Part shown: positions 20,692-30,105 of the stretch, piece by piece
Layout: each line of letters begins with the position of its first letter
Numbering within the stretch: position 1 is the stretch's first letter
Assembly (NCBI GenBank): GCA_963519075.1
Contig: CAUQMH010000001.1
Location: forward strand, 26,438 to 90,437
From: an uncultured Flavobacteriaceae bacterium
GTDB lineage: Bacteria > Bacteroidota > Bacteroidia > Flavobacteriales > Weeksellaceae
DNA length: 64,000 nt
Reading direction: 5' to 3'
Translations under genes and position numbers: made by a program
Notes under the pieces: model-generated
Databases searched by the model: none
Seen by the model: only the letters and a program-made list of their open reading frames with translations
What the model was told of the DNA's origin: nothing

Positions 20692-22017
20692 TTACTTAAA
20701 AACTTCTGTTTTAAATTTTCTGCCCCTATCCTCGTAGTTATCAAACAAATCAAAACTCGCACAACACGGAGAAAGCAGCACAGCATCTCCATTTTGAGCT
20801 AATTTCTTGGCTGTACGGACAGCCTCTTCCATGCTCGATGTATCATAGATATTTTCTTTCATCCCTTGGAAAAAACTGATAATCTTAGAGTTATCCAGAC
20901 CCATACAGATAACAGCCTTTACTTTTTTCTTCACCAAATCTGCTATTTCGGAATAGTCATTTCCTTTATCCACTCCTCCCACTATCCAAATCACTGGTCG
21001 TTTCATACTTTCCAAGGCGTAGTATGTAGCATTTACATTGGTAGCCTTACTGTCATTGATGTATTTCACGCCGTCTCTCTCCGCCACTTCTTCCAATCTA
21101 TGCTCCACCGCCTGAAAAGTCATCAATGAGTTTCTAATGCTTTCATTGCTGATATTCAACAACTTACCTGCAATGCTCGCAGCAAGGCTATTGGCTACAT
21201 TGTGCTTCCCTACGAGAGCCAAATCTTCTACTTTCATAGAAAATTCTTCACGAAGCTTAACCACCAGATTTTCATCCACAGAATAACCTCCCTCATCAAG
21301 TTTTTCCTTCATGGAAAACGGAATTTTTTTCACTCTCAGATTCAGTTCTTGAAGGAGTTTCATGCTCATTTCATCATCTTTATTGTAAATGAAATAGTTA
21401 TCATTTTCCTGATTTTCAGCAATTCGGAATTTTGCTAATGCATATTCTTCGTAATTATAATTATACTGGTCCAAATGGTCTGGCGACAAGTTCAAAAGCA
21501 AACTAATATATGGTCTAAAATGCTGAATATCATCTAACTGGAAACTACTGATTTCCAATACATAATATTCAAAATTTTCTGTAGCCACCTGCATCGCAAA
21601 ACTTTTACCAATGTTTCCGCCCAGCCCTACATTTAGTCCGCTGTTTTTCAAAATATGATAAATCAGCGATGTGGTAGTCGTTTTACCATTGCTTCCCGTT
21701 ACGGCAACGATTTTGGCATCGGTAAACTCTGCGGCAAATTCTATCTCTGATGACAGGCGGATTCCTTTTTCTTTAATCTTTTGAATTAAAGGTGCTTTCT
21801 TTGGTATCCCAGGTGATTTTATAACCCAGTCTGCAGCTAAAATCCGCTCCTCGCTATGCACTCCTTCTTCAAAATCTATCCCCTCCTCCTTCAACTGTTG
21901 CTTATAATACTCCTTAATAACGCCACGATCTGAAAGGAAAACTTCCAATCCTTTTTTCTTCGCTAAAACAGCTGCTCCTACGCCACTTTCACCGCCACCT
22001 AATATTATTATTTTCAT
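20692..22017 (-). CDS. murD: UDP-N-acetylmuramoylalanine--D-glutamate ligase
   Basis: 441 aa. N-terminal Rossmann motif (IILGGGESGVGAA) and Mur ligase P-loop (TGSNGKTTT). Confidence 0.95.
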   Translation of the reverse strand: MKIIILGGGESGVGAAVLAKKKGLEVFLSDRGVIKEYYKQQLKEEGIDFEEGVHSEERILAADWVIKSPGIPKKAPLIQKIKEKGIRLSSEIEFAAEFTDAKIVAVTGSNGKTTTTSLIYHILKNSGLNVGLGGNIGKSFAMQVATENFEYYVLEISSFQLDDIQHFRPYISLLLNLSPDHLDQYNYNYEEYALAKFRIAENQENDNYFIYNKDDEMSMKLLQELNLRVKKIPFSMKEKLDEGGYSVDENLVVKLREEFSMKVEDLALVGKHNVANSLAASIAGKLLNISNESIRNSLMTFQAVEHRLEEVAERDGVKYINDSKATNVNATYYALESMKRPVIWIVGGVDKGNDYSEIADLVKKKVKAVICMGLDNSKIISFFQGMKENIYDTSSMEEAVRTAKKLAQNGDAVLLSPCCASFDLFDNYEDRGRKFKTEVFK

Positions 22018-22029
22018 TTTTTTTCTATA

Positions 22030-22575
22030 TTAACAAATCATGAACATTTCATTTATCTTTTTGCTCTCTGTTTCCAGAAATTCTGTTTTGCTGGCTTCAA
22101 TAGGGAAAATCACATAGCTATCACTGTCTATATACATCTGCATCAGATAAACGCCATGCCCATGCCAAGCGGTATTGATAGCGCTTATCCAGCCATAGAC
22201 ATCGTGTTTGTCTTCAGCCAATGGAGGAAGTTCTAGAGCATAATTCTTAAATGATTTTAACTCTGTCAGCAAAAACTCAAAACTCTCCAATTCGCATTTC
22301 CAGTCAAACTCCTCTGCATAACCATTACTAATCAAAATATCCGCAAAACCCATCCAAATAAGCCTTGATTTTTTCCATTTATCTAGGTCTATTCCTCTAT
22401 TTTCGTAGAATTCTTTATTCTTTGAAATGAACCTATCTGTATTAGTAATCAACTCCTTAACCTCTGATAAAACTTTTTTATCATCAAGGCTAATCAATTT
22501 GGCAAACTCCAAATAAATATTGAAATCTATTTCATCCTCATTTTTGCCTCCGAACAATTTTGAAAAGAATCCCAT
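22030..22575 (-). CDS. hypothetical cytoplasmic protein (non-dcw gene inside the dcw operon)
   Basis: 181 aa with no TM segment or signal peptide. N-terminus MGFFSKLFGG. 12-nt gaps to both mraY and murD. No family assigned with confidence. Confidence 0.7.
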   Translation of the reverse strand: MGFFSKLFGGKNEDEIDFNIYLEFAKLISLDDKKVLSEVKELITNTDRFISKNKEFYENRGIDLDKWKKSRLIWMGFADILISNGYAEEFDWKCELESFEFLLTELKSFKNYALELPPLAEDKHDVYGWISAINTAWHGHGVYLMQMYIDSDSYVIFPIEASKTEFLETESKKINEMFMIC

Positions 22576-22587
22576 TTTAATTAAATT

Positions 22588-23829
22588 TTATCTTATTTTC
22601 AAGGTTATTAAACAAATTACCGCCAAAATCACACCTATGATAATCATTCTATTCACGATTTTACTCTCGTGGTAACCACTTTTCTGATAATGGTGATGCA
22701 AAGGCGACATTTTAAATAGTCGGTTATTCTGTGCGTATTCCAGCCCGTGTTTTTTCTTTCTGTATTTGAAAACCAGCACCTGCAAAACCACCGAAAGATT
22801 TTCCACCAAAAAGATTCCACAAAGAACAGGAATCAATAATTCTTTTCTGAGAATAATCGCTAAAACTGCTATCACTCCGCCCAGCATCAGACTTCCTGTA
22901 TCTCCCATGAATACTTGCGCTGGATAGGTATTATACCAGAAAAATCCGATAACTGCTCCTACGAGGGCAATCGTGAAAATGGTCGTCTCGCCTGTGTCTG
23001 GAATGAACATTATATTAAGATAATCTGCAAAAATGATATTCCCCGAAACATACGCGAAAAATGCCAAGGTAAGCAGTATCACAGCACTTGTCCCCGCCGC
23101 GAGACCATCTATCCCATCGGTGATATTCGCTCCGTTGGAAACCGCTGTTACAATGAAAATAACCACAGGAATGAAAACTATCCAAGACCATTTCTGAGCA
23201 TTCTGCTCATCCATCCAGAAAAGAACTTTACTATAGTCAAATTCATTATTTTTAACGAAAGGAACTGTAGAAATTATCGCTTTTTCTTCAGAAGAGAATT
23301 TTTCTACCACGCTGTGCTGTGTTGCCTGTGGCAGGTCTGGAACTTCTCGTTTAATAACCACTCCTTCATGGAAATACATCGTTACTCCTACGATAAGACC
23401 TAAGCCCACCTGACCAATCACTTTGAATTTACCACTCAGACCATCTTTGTTCTTTTTGATTTTCTTGAGATAATCATCAATGAAACCAATCGCACCCATC
23501 CAAAGCACCGAAACCACAAGAAGAACGATATAAACATTATTCAGTTTTGTAAATAGCAAAACTGGAATCAGTGTAGAAATAATGATAATGAGACCGCCCA
23601 TCGTCGGCGTTCCTTCTTTTTGTTTCTGTCCTTCTAATCCAAGGTCTCTCACGAGTTCTCCCATCTGCCTTCTTCGGAGGAAATTAATGATTTTCTTCCC
23701 ATAAACAAGGGCTATCCACAAGGACAAAAGCACAGACATCCCTGCACGAAATGAAATATATCGCAACAAATTCAACCCTGGGATATGGATTCCTTGACTC
23801 GTTAAATATTCATATAAGTAGTATAGCAT
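22588..23829 (-). CDS. mraY: phospho-N-acetylmuramoyl-pentapeptide-transferase
   Basis: 413 aa polytopic protein with MraY motifs ([31 protein letters not shown]). Confidence 0.95.
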   Translation of the reverse strand: MLYYLYEYLTSQGIHIPGLNLLRYISFRAGMSVLLSLWIALVYGKKIINFLRRRQMGELVRDLGLEGQKQKEGTPTMGGLIIIISTLIPVLLFTKLNNVYIVLLVVSVLWMGAIGFIDDYLKKIKKNKDGLSGKFKVIGQVGLGLIVGVTMYFHEGVVIKREVPDLPQATQHSVVEKFSSEEKAIISTVPFVKNNEFDYSKVLFWMDEQNAQKWSWIVFIPVVIFIVTAVSNGANITDGIDGLAAGTSAVILLTLAFFAYVSGNIIFADYLNIMFIPDTGETTIFTIALVGAVIGFFWYNTYPAQVFMGDTGSLMLGGVIAVLAIILRKELLIPVLCGIFLVENLSVVLQVLVFKYRKKKHGLEYAQNNRLFKMSPLHHHYQKSGYHESKIVNRMIIIGVILAVICLITLKIR

Positions 23830-23851
23830 TTTATTCGTCCATTTTTATTGG

Positions 23852-25312
23852 TTACTTTCCCATAAGGGTTAATAATTCTTTTATCACTTCTTTATCATCA
23901 AAATGATGCTTCACATCATTGATTTCTTGGTAAATTTCATGCCCTTTTCCTGCAACGAGGATGATGTCTTTTGGCTCTGCAAATTTTATCGCCATTTTTA
24001 TCGCCTCTTTTCGGTCTGGAATAGAAGTATATTTACTGAAATTCTGCGGTTCTACGCCTGCTTCTATTTCTTTAATTATCTCCAAAGGCTCTTCTGTTCT
24101 TGGGTTATCAGAAGTGATAATCGCCAGTGTGGATTTCGCGGAAGCTACATTTCCCATTTTAGGGCGTTTTTCTTTATCTCTATCTCCTCCACAGCCGAAA
24201 ACGGTAATCAGCCTTTCGTTTTTTGTCCGAATTTCATTGATACTGTCCAAGACATTTTCTAAAGCATCGGGCGTATGGGCATAATCTACAATGAAGAAAA
24301 TACCACTGTCTGATTTCATGGTTTCAAATCTTCCGTTCACTCTTTTCAGCTTAGAAATCGCTTGTAAAATTTCATTTCTTTCAAATCCTAATTCCGAAGC
24401 AATGGCGAAAACCAAAAGCAAATTATAAACATTAAATTTCCCTGTCAAAGTTGTCCAAAACTCCTTCCCATTGAAATTAAGCAGCATCCCATCAAAATCA
24501 ACTTCCAAGATTTTTGCCTGATAATCCGCCATAGTTTTCAAAGCGTAAGTTTTCTTTTTTGCCTTGGTGCTTTGGAGCATTACATTTCCGTTTTTATCAT
24601 CGATATTGGTAATGGCAACAGCAGTTTCGGGCAATTCATCAAAAAATCTTTTCTTCACATTCAGATATTCCAAAAAGGTTTTGTGATAATCCAAATGGTC
24701 GTGCGTAATGTTCGTAAAACCAGCGATTTTAAAATTCAGCCCTTCTATTCTGTCCTGATGAATTCCATGGGAACTAACCTCCATGAAAGCATATTCACAG
24801 CCTTTTTCTACTGCTTTTGCCAGCATCTGATTGAGCCTTACGACATCTGGCGTGGTGTGGGTAGATGGGATAATCTCCTCACCGATTCTATATTCCACCG
24901 TAGAAATCAGCGCCGAAGAAAACCCTAAATTCTGGAAAACATCAAACAGCAGAGTCGCCGTAGAAGTTTTACCATTGGTTCCTGTAATCCCTATGAGATT
25001 AAGCTTTTCCGATGGATTTCCATAGAAATTACTCGCTATTTTTCCCAAAGTTTTGGAGGCGTTTTTTACTTTGATGTAGGTAACGGCTTCATTTATTTTC
25101 TCTGGAAAATCTTCACAAACAATCACACTCGCACCGTTTTCTATCGCAGAATCTATATACAGATGTCCATCCGAAATGCTGCCTTTCAGTGCTGTATAGA
25201 GAGCATTTTTCACAACTTTTCTGCTGTCAAAAACTATCTCAGAAACCTCCTTTTCCAAACTTCCGAGGTTTTCCAAAATAGATACTCTACTCAATATTTG
25301 ACTTAAAATCAT
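23852..25312 (-). CDS. murE: UDP-N-acetylmuramoyl-L-alanyl-D-glutamate--2,6-diaminopimelate ligase
   Basis: 486 aa. GITGTNGKTS P-loop and DNPR motif (TSDNPRTEEP) typical of MurE. Confidence 0.93.
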   Translation of the reverse strand: MILSQILSRVSILENLGSLEKEVSEIVFDSRKVVKNALYTALKGSISDGHLYIDSAIENGASVIVCEDFPEKINEAVTYIKVKNASKTLGKIASNFYGNPSEKLNLIGITGTNGKTSTATLLFDVFQNLGFSSALISTVEYRIGEEIIPSTHTTPDVVRLNQMLAKAVEKGCEYAFMEVSSHGIHQDRIEGLNFKIAGFTNITHDHLDYHKTFLEYLNVKKRFFDELPETAVAITNIDDKNGNVMLQSTKAKKKTYALKTMADYQAKILEVDFDGMLLNFNGKEFWTTLTGKFNVYNLLLVFAIASELGFERNEILQAISKLKRVNGRFETMKSDSGIFFIVDYAHTPDALENVLDSINEIRTKNERLITVFGCGGDRDKEKRPKMGNVASAKSTLAIITSDNPRTEEPLEIIKEIEAGVEPQNFSKYTSIPDRKEAIKMAIKFAEPKDIILVAGKGHEIYQEINDVKHHFDDKEVIKELLTLMGK

Positions 25313-25833
25313 TCTCTTTTATTTCTTTTATATTCTGTCCATTCTTTTCGGACTATATTCAATAATTCTTCTTGGTCTATTTTTAAATTTACAGTGTGTA
25401 TCATCACTGGCGTTCCATATTGTTTAAGGTTAAAATTCAACCATTTTTGTTTAAAAAAATTAAACTTTTCTATGTATTTTTCTGGGGTTTCTAATAAAAT
25501 CAAAATATAATCTTGCTTTTGAACCCTTACTTTTCTAAAACCTGCTACATTTTCCCATTCTATAAGCCCAAAGAACACATTATCACAAATTCCTTTTTCC
25601 GAAATACTTATCACTGGTTTGGTGCTTAGTATCATCTTCAAATAAATCAATGCTGTGAATCCAAAAAAAATAATCACTACAATAAAAATCACATCATGAA
25701 ACACAGGCACATATTTCCTATACTCTCTAAGCCCCACCCCTAAAAACGGAAGAACTCCCAACACTACAAAAAGCATAGAAAGGCAAAACATCAAAAAACT
25801 TCTTCTCTTATTCGCCTTTATTTCATATTTCAT
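25309..25833 (-). CDS. hypothetical 2-TM membrane protein with a PH-like C-terminal domain (non-dcw gene inside the dcw operon)
   Basis: 174 aa. Two N-terminal TM helices are followed by a soluble domain (ISISEKGICDNVFFGLIEWENVAGF...YILILL). From memory this resembles bacterial PH / STM3941-like proteins. Its start codon abuts the ftsI stop with a 0-nt gap, and its stop overlaps the murE start (ATGA). Confidence 0.7.
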   Translation of the reverse strand: MKYEIKANKRRSFLMFCLSMLFVVLGVLPFLGVGLREYRKYVPVFHDVIFIVVIIFFGFTALIYLKMILSTKPVISISEKGICDNVFFGLIEWENVAGFRKVRVQKQDYILILLETPEKYIEKFNFFKQKWLNFNLKQYGTPVMIHTVNLKIDQEELLNIVRKEWTEYKRNKRE

Positions 25834-27831
25834 TTAATTCTGCATTCTTAAATAAATTTTCTGGTCTTTTTTCATCACTGTTCCTGCTTCTGGAAACTGT
25901 TCCAAGATTTTCCCAACTCCCTTATAACTAACACGATACCCCTGATTTTCCAGCTGTGAAATCACATTTTTCCCTGCTAATCCTTTCAGACTTGGCATTT
26001 TTCTGCCCACCATACTTATTTTAGGATTAGGAGTGATTAGTTTATTTAAATTTACTTTTTTATCATCCAGCATTTCTTCGCCTATATTCAGTGGAGTTTT
26101 TAGGAATGTTTTCCCTGCAATCTCTTTAAACACAGGCGCTGCCACCACTCCACCATAATAATTTCCTTGTGGCTGGTTAATCATCACAATGCAAGTATAT
26201 TTAGGATCATCCGCTGGATAAAACCCTGCAAATGAAGCTTGATATTTTCCTCCTCCTTTCCAGTATTCAAAACGAGTAGTCCCTGTTTTCCCTGCCATCT
26301 TTAGATTAGGCGTAAAGATACTCTTGGCTGTTCCTTTTTCTACGGCTTTGGTAAGGGCTTCTGTCATCATCTGGATAGCCTTAGGAGATGCCATTCTTTC
26401 TACCATAACCTGCGGAGTCGCAGTATGTGTCACCTTACCATCTTTCATGATTTTATCGATAAAAAGCGGTTTCACCATTTTGCCATCATTGGCTATTCCA
26501 TTATAAAAAGTAGCAAGCTGCAACAGACTGAATGCCGAAGCATAGCCATAAGACATTGATGCAAGTGTCGCCTTGTTCCATCTTTTGCTCTCTGGCGTTA
26601 CAATCATAGGTTTAGCAGCACCTGGGAGTTCTATATCCAGTTTATCAAACATTTTCCATCTTCTAAGATGATTGATAAATATCTGTGGATTAGATGAATA
26701 TGATTTTACTATGAGTTTAGCCGAACCTACATTACTTGACAATGCTAATATTTGACTAATGTCATAAGTTCCTCCCATGTGGCTGTCAGTTATCCGCTGT
26801 CCGTTATATTCCCAAATACCACCGCCTGTATTTACAGTTGTGTTTTTGTCTATAAAGCCATCATCCATCGCAGCCAAAAGAGAAACCACCTTAAAAGTAG
26901 ATCCTGGTTCTGTAGCATCCCTTAGTGCATAATTATATGCATCTACATACCTACCTTGCTCGTTTTTACGGAGATTCACCATCGCTCGGATTTTCCCAGT
27001 CGCTGTCTCCATAACCAAAACACTTCCATGATGAGCACTAAATGCATAAAGCTGTTTTTCCAAAGCAGAATGAGCAATATCTTGTATCCTCAAATCTAGT
27101 GTGGTATAAACATCCTGCCCATCGACAGGTTCTCTTATTTCCCAAAAATCAATAGGCTTCCACTGTTTAGAATTCACCCTCTGCACCCATCTTCTACCAT
27201 CTTTCCCTGAAAGATACTGACTAAAAGCCCCTTCAAATCCTGATTTTCCTCGTTCATCATCAATCCCGATAGTTCCCGCTCCGATTTGGTTAGTCGCCAA
27301 AATCCTTTTGTATTTTGGTTCTATTATCAGGCATCTTTCTTTTTTATAGGTCTTTGTTTTCGCATTATATTTTCCGAATATAGGAAATCTTTTAAGCCTA
27401 TTAACTTGCTCAAAATCAAGATTTAAAGCTAATGTATAATATTGATTTTGTCTTCTTTTTTGTTGTTTCAAAGAACTTCTAAACTCTTGTTTGGTTTTCC
27501 CAAACATCTTATGTAGAGAATCTGACAAAATCCCCACCTTCTTATCAAAAACAGAATCTTTTATAATTTTAAAATCGACAAAAACATTATATTTTATAAC
27601 CGTGGTTGCTAGAATAGAGCCATCGGCAGCATATAGATTTCCTCTCGCTGCTTTGATGGTATCTGCTCTATAATTCGCCTGAATGGTTCTCTGTATGTCA
27701 TCCACATTCGAATTATTTTGCAAGTAGACAATTCTAACCCCAAAAATTACAAACAGAATCGCTGCTACTATTACAAAAAGATAGCCCCACTGAAGTGTTT
27801 TCGCTCGTTTTTTATTACTTGATTCTGCCAT
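25834..27831 (-). CDS. ftsI: penicillin-binding protein, peptidoglycan D,D-transpeptidase FtsI
   Basis: 665 aa. N-terminal TM segment, transpeptidase motifs (STFK, SSN, KTGT) and a PASTA-like C-terminal segment. Confidence 0.9.
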   Translation of the reverse strand: MAESSNKKRAKTLQWGYLFVIVAAILFVIFGVRIVYLQNNSNVDDIQRTIQANYRADTIKAARGNLYAADGSILATTVIKYNVFVDFKIIKDSVFDKKVGILSDSLHKMFGKTKQEFRSSLKQQKRRQNQYYTLALNLDFEQVNRLKRFPIFGKYNAKTKTYKKERCLIIEPKYKRILATNQIGAGTIGIDDERGKSGFEGAFSQYLSGKDGRRWVQRVNSKQWKPIDFWEIREPVDGQDVYTTLDLRIQDIAHSALEKQLYAFSAHHGSVLVMETATGKIRAMVNLRKNEQGRYVDAYNYALRDATEPGSTFKVVSLLAAMDDGFIDKNTTVNTGGGIWEYNGQRITDSHMGGTYDISQILALSSNVGSAKLIVKSYSSNPQIFINHLRRWKMFDKLDIELPGAAKPMIVTPESKRWNKATLASMSYGYASAFSLLQLATFYNGIANDGKMVKPLFIDKIMKDGKVTHTATPQVMVERMASPKAIQMMTEALTKAVEKGTAKSIFTPNLKMAGKTGTTRFEYWKGGGKYQASFAGFYPADDPKYTCIVMINQPQGNYYGGVVAAPVFKEIAGKTFLKTPLNIGEEMLDDKKVNLNKLITPNPKISMVGRKMPSLKGLAGKNVISQLENQGYRVSYKGVGKILEQFPEAGTVMKKDQKIYLRMQN

Positions 27832-28192
27832 AGTCCAAACTATCCATTTTTACTAATATCTTCAAAGGATGAGATTCCAATGCCTGCAAAGAATCCCTCA
27901 AAACCTCCTTGCTGAGTTCTGACTCCAGTTTTATTTTTATCAATTTGCTCTGTGTATAGGCGTTCTGAGACTTATATTCTTCCACCTGACTTTTCAGAGC
28001 ATTGACTTCTCCTATTTTTTTATTTACCAAATCATTGGTAAAAATCATAATCATCAAAAGGGCGAAGCAAAATAAAATATATTTATAATGCTGCTTCACC
28101 TCTTCCTTATTCAGAAAGTTTCCTTTCAGAAGATCCATCACAGTGAATTTCTTTGAGGAACGATGATGAGGATGATGTTTTCTTTTTGCCAT
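27815..28192 (-). CDS. ftsL: FtsL-like cell division protein
   Basis: 125 aa. Basic N-terminus, single TM segment and coiled-coil region. Sits between rsmH and ftsI and overlaps ftsI by 17 nt. Confidence 0.7.
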   Translation of the reverse strand: MAKRKHHPHHRSSKKFTVMDLLKGNFLNKEEVKQHYKYILFCFALLMIMIFTNDLVNKKIGEVNALKSQVEEYKSQNAYTQSKLIKIKLESELSKEVLRDSLQALESHPLKILVKMDSLDYGRIK

Positions 28193-28200
28193 TTTTTTAC

Positions 28201-29094
28201 TTAAAGTTTTATCCCAACACGCATTTTTGCACTCCTTGCTCGTGAGTTATCTTCTATTTCTTCTTCCGTAGGAACTATCGCTTTTCTATATGGAAGCTCA
28301 AAAACTTTTTGATAATTTCCATACACATCTCTCTCTGGCTCCCCTTCGAACATTCCGTTTTTCAAAAATTTCTTCACCAATCTATCTTCTAAAGAATGGT
28401 ATGAAATAATCACCAATCGCCCATCTTTTTTCAATACATTGGATGATTGCACCAGCATTTCTTTCAGAGCGTCCAGCTCTTGATTGACTTCTATTCTTAT
28501 CGCTTGGAAAACCTGTGCAAAAAACTTATTGCTCTTGTGTGCAGGAACATACGAAAATACTTTTTTCAAATCTTCCGTGGTCTTTATATCCACTGATTTT
28601 CTTTTATTAACAATTTCCCTCGCTAGTTTTCTTGCTTCCCTCAGTTCTCCATAGTAGTAGAAAATATCCGCCAATGCTTCCTCGTCATACTCATTCACCA
28701 CCTTATAGGCATCTATGTCCTGCATTTTGTTCATCCGCATATCCAGAGGCGCATCACTCCTGATGGAAAATCCTCTTTCCGCTTTATCAAACTGATGAGA
28801 AGAAACTCCCAAATCTCCCAAAACACCATCCACCTGAGCCACGCCATACATCAGCAGTGAATTTTCTAAAAACCTAAAATTTTGATTGATTAAAGTAAAT
28901 CTAGAATCTTCTATCACATTATTTAGCGCATCAGAATCTTGGTCAAAACTAAACAGCCTGCCCTTTTCGGAAAGTCTGGACAAAATCTCACGAGAATGCC
29001 CTCCGCCACCAAAGGTAACATCCACATATACGCCATCAGGATTATTTACCAAGGCATCTACACTTTCTGCGAGTAAAACAGGTTTATGATACAT
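28201..29094 (-). CDS. rsmH: 16S rRNA (cytosine1402-N4)-methyltransferase
   Basis: 297 aa. MYHKPVLL start, DVTFGGGGHS SAM motif and DLGVSSHQFD motif. Confidence 0.95.
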   Translation of the reverse strand: MYHKPVLLAESVDALVNNPDGVYVDVTFGGGGHSREILSRLSEKGRLFSFDQDSDALNNVIEDSRFTLINQNFRFLENSLLMYGVAQVDGVLGDLGVSSHQFDKAERGFSIRSDAPLDMRMNKMQDIDAYKVVNEYDEEALADIFYYYGELREARKLAREIVNKRKSVDIKTTEDLKKVFSYVPAHKSNKFFAQVFQAIRIEVNQELDALKEMLVQSSNVLKKDGRLVIISYHSLEDRLVKKFLKNGMFEGEPERDVYGNYQKVFELPYRKAIVPTEEEIEDNSRARSAKMRVGIKL

Positions 29095-29125
29095 TTCTAA
29101 CTTACTTTGATATACTATAAGTTTA

Positions 29126-29133
29126 CAAAATTA
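29126..29133 (-). promoter_or_regulatory. -7 box (TAATTTTG on the minus strand) directly upstream of rsmH
   Basis: Plus-strand CAAAATTA is an exact reverse complement of TAnnTTTG, 32 nt upstream of the rsmH ATG at 29094. Confidence 0.45.
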
Positions 29134-29262
29134 TAGATATTTTTTTAAAACAAATCTAATTTTATCTTTCATGTGGATAAGTTATATCTTATGATAAAAT
29201 GATTTCGGTAGTAAATATTCATTTTTTTTGAAATAAAACCTATTTTTTACATTTTTATTTAA

Positions 29263-29270
29263 TATCTTTG
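29263..29270 (+). promoter_or_regulatory. -7 box TATCTTTG upstream of the hydrolase gene
   Basis: Exact TAnnTTTG match. It lies 12 nt from GTG 29282 and 24 nt from ATG 29294, which favours the ATG start. Confidence 0.4.
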
Positions 29271-29293
29271 CGATTACTTTTGTGAGTATTGGT

Positions 29294-30055
29294 ATGATTT
29301 TTAAGACAAAAAAAGATAAAAAGTATCACTTCATAGAGAAAGGAGAAGGCCATCCTATGGTTCTTCTACATGGGCTTATGGGAGGACTCAGCAATTTCGA
29401 GGAAATGGCTGAATTCTTTGCTGACAAAGGCTTCAAAGTATTTGTCCCTCAGCTGCCTATCTATGACTTACCTGTGCTAAATACCAACCTCACAGCCATC
29501 TCAAAATTTGTAGGAAAATTCATCAAACAAGAGATAGGAAAACCTGTTACTGTGGTAGGAAACTCCATGGGAGGACATATAGGACTTATCCTTACTTTGG
29601 CTCGTCCAGAATATGTTCATTCTCTTGTTCTTACAGGAAGTTCAGGACTTTATGAGCGTTCTTTCGGAGATAGTTTCCCTAGAAAAAGCGACAAAGAATA
29701 CATCAAAAGAAAAACCCAAGAAGTTTTCTACAACCCTGATGTAGCCACAGATGAACTTGTAGATGAAGTTTTCGGTATTGTAAACGACCGAATGAAAGGC
29801 ATAAAAACAGTGATGCTGGCAAGAAGTGCCATCAAACATAATATGCAGAATGAGCTGCCTAACATCAAGTGTCCTACCTGCATCATCTGGGGAAAACAAG
29901 ACAATGTAACTCCGCCAGATGTGGCCATAGAAATGAACAGGCTGATACCTAATTCGGATCTGTTCTGGATAGACCAATGTGGGCACGCCGCAATGATGGA
30001 AAAACCAGAAGAATTTAATGGAATTCTTCACAACTGGTTAAAAGATAAAGTTTAA
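29294..30055 (+). CDS. alpha/beta-fold hydrolase
   Basis: About 253 aa. HG oxyanion motif (VLLHGLMGG), nucleophile elbow GNSMGG and C-terminal GH(A). The track start at GTG 29282 is possible but sits too close to the promoter box. Confidence 0.85.
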   Translation: MIFKTKKDKKYHFIEKGEGHPMVLLHGLMGGLSNFEEMAEFFADKGFKVFVPQLPIYDLPVLNTNLTAISKFVGKFIKQEIGKPVTVVGNSMGGHIGLILTLARPEYVHSLVLTGSSGLYERSFGDSFPRKSDKEYIKRKTQEVFYNPDVATDELVDEVFGIVNDRMKGIKTVMLARSAIKHNMQNELPNIKCPTCIIWGKQDNVTPPDVAIEMNRLIPNSDLFWIDQCGHAAMMEKPEEFNGILHNWLKDKV

Positions 30056-30056
30056 C

Positions 30057-30087
30057 AAATGGAAGTTAGTTACTAGCTTCCATTTTT
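30057..30087 (+). terminator. intrinsic terminator after the hydrolase gene
   Basis: Hairpin aaatggaag / cttccattt followed by a T-run. Confidence 0.6.
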
Positions 30088-30105
30088 CAAATACAAAATT
30101 TAGAA

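Noticed and set aside
22915-23403. 162-aa plus-strand ORF
   Set aside because: It is antisense to mraY and is a shadow ORF.
22018-25312. Absence of murF and ddl from the dcw cluster
   Set aside because: This is typical of Bacteroidota dcw clusters, where murF and ddl map elsewhere. It is not a peculiarity of this window.
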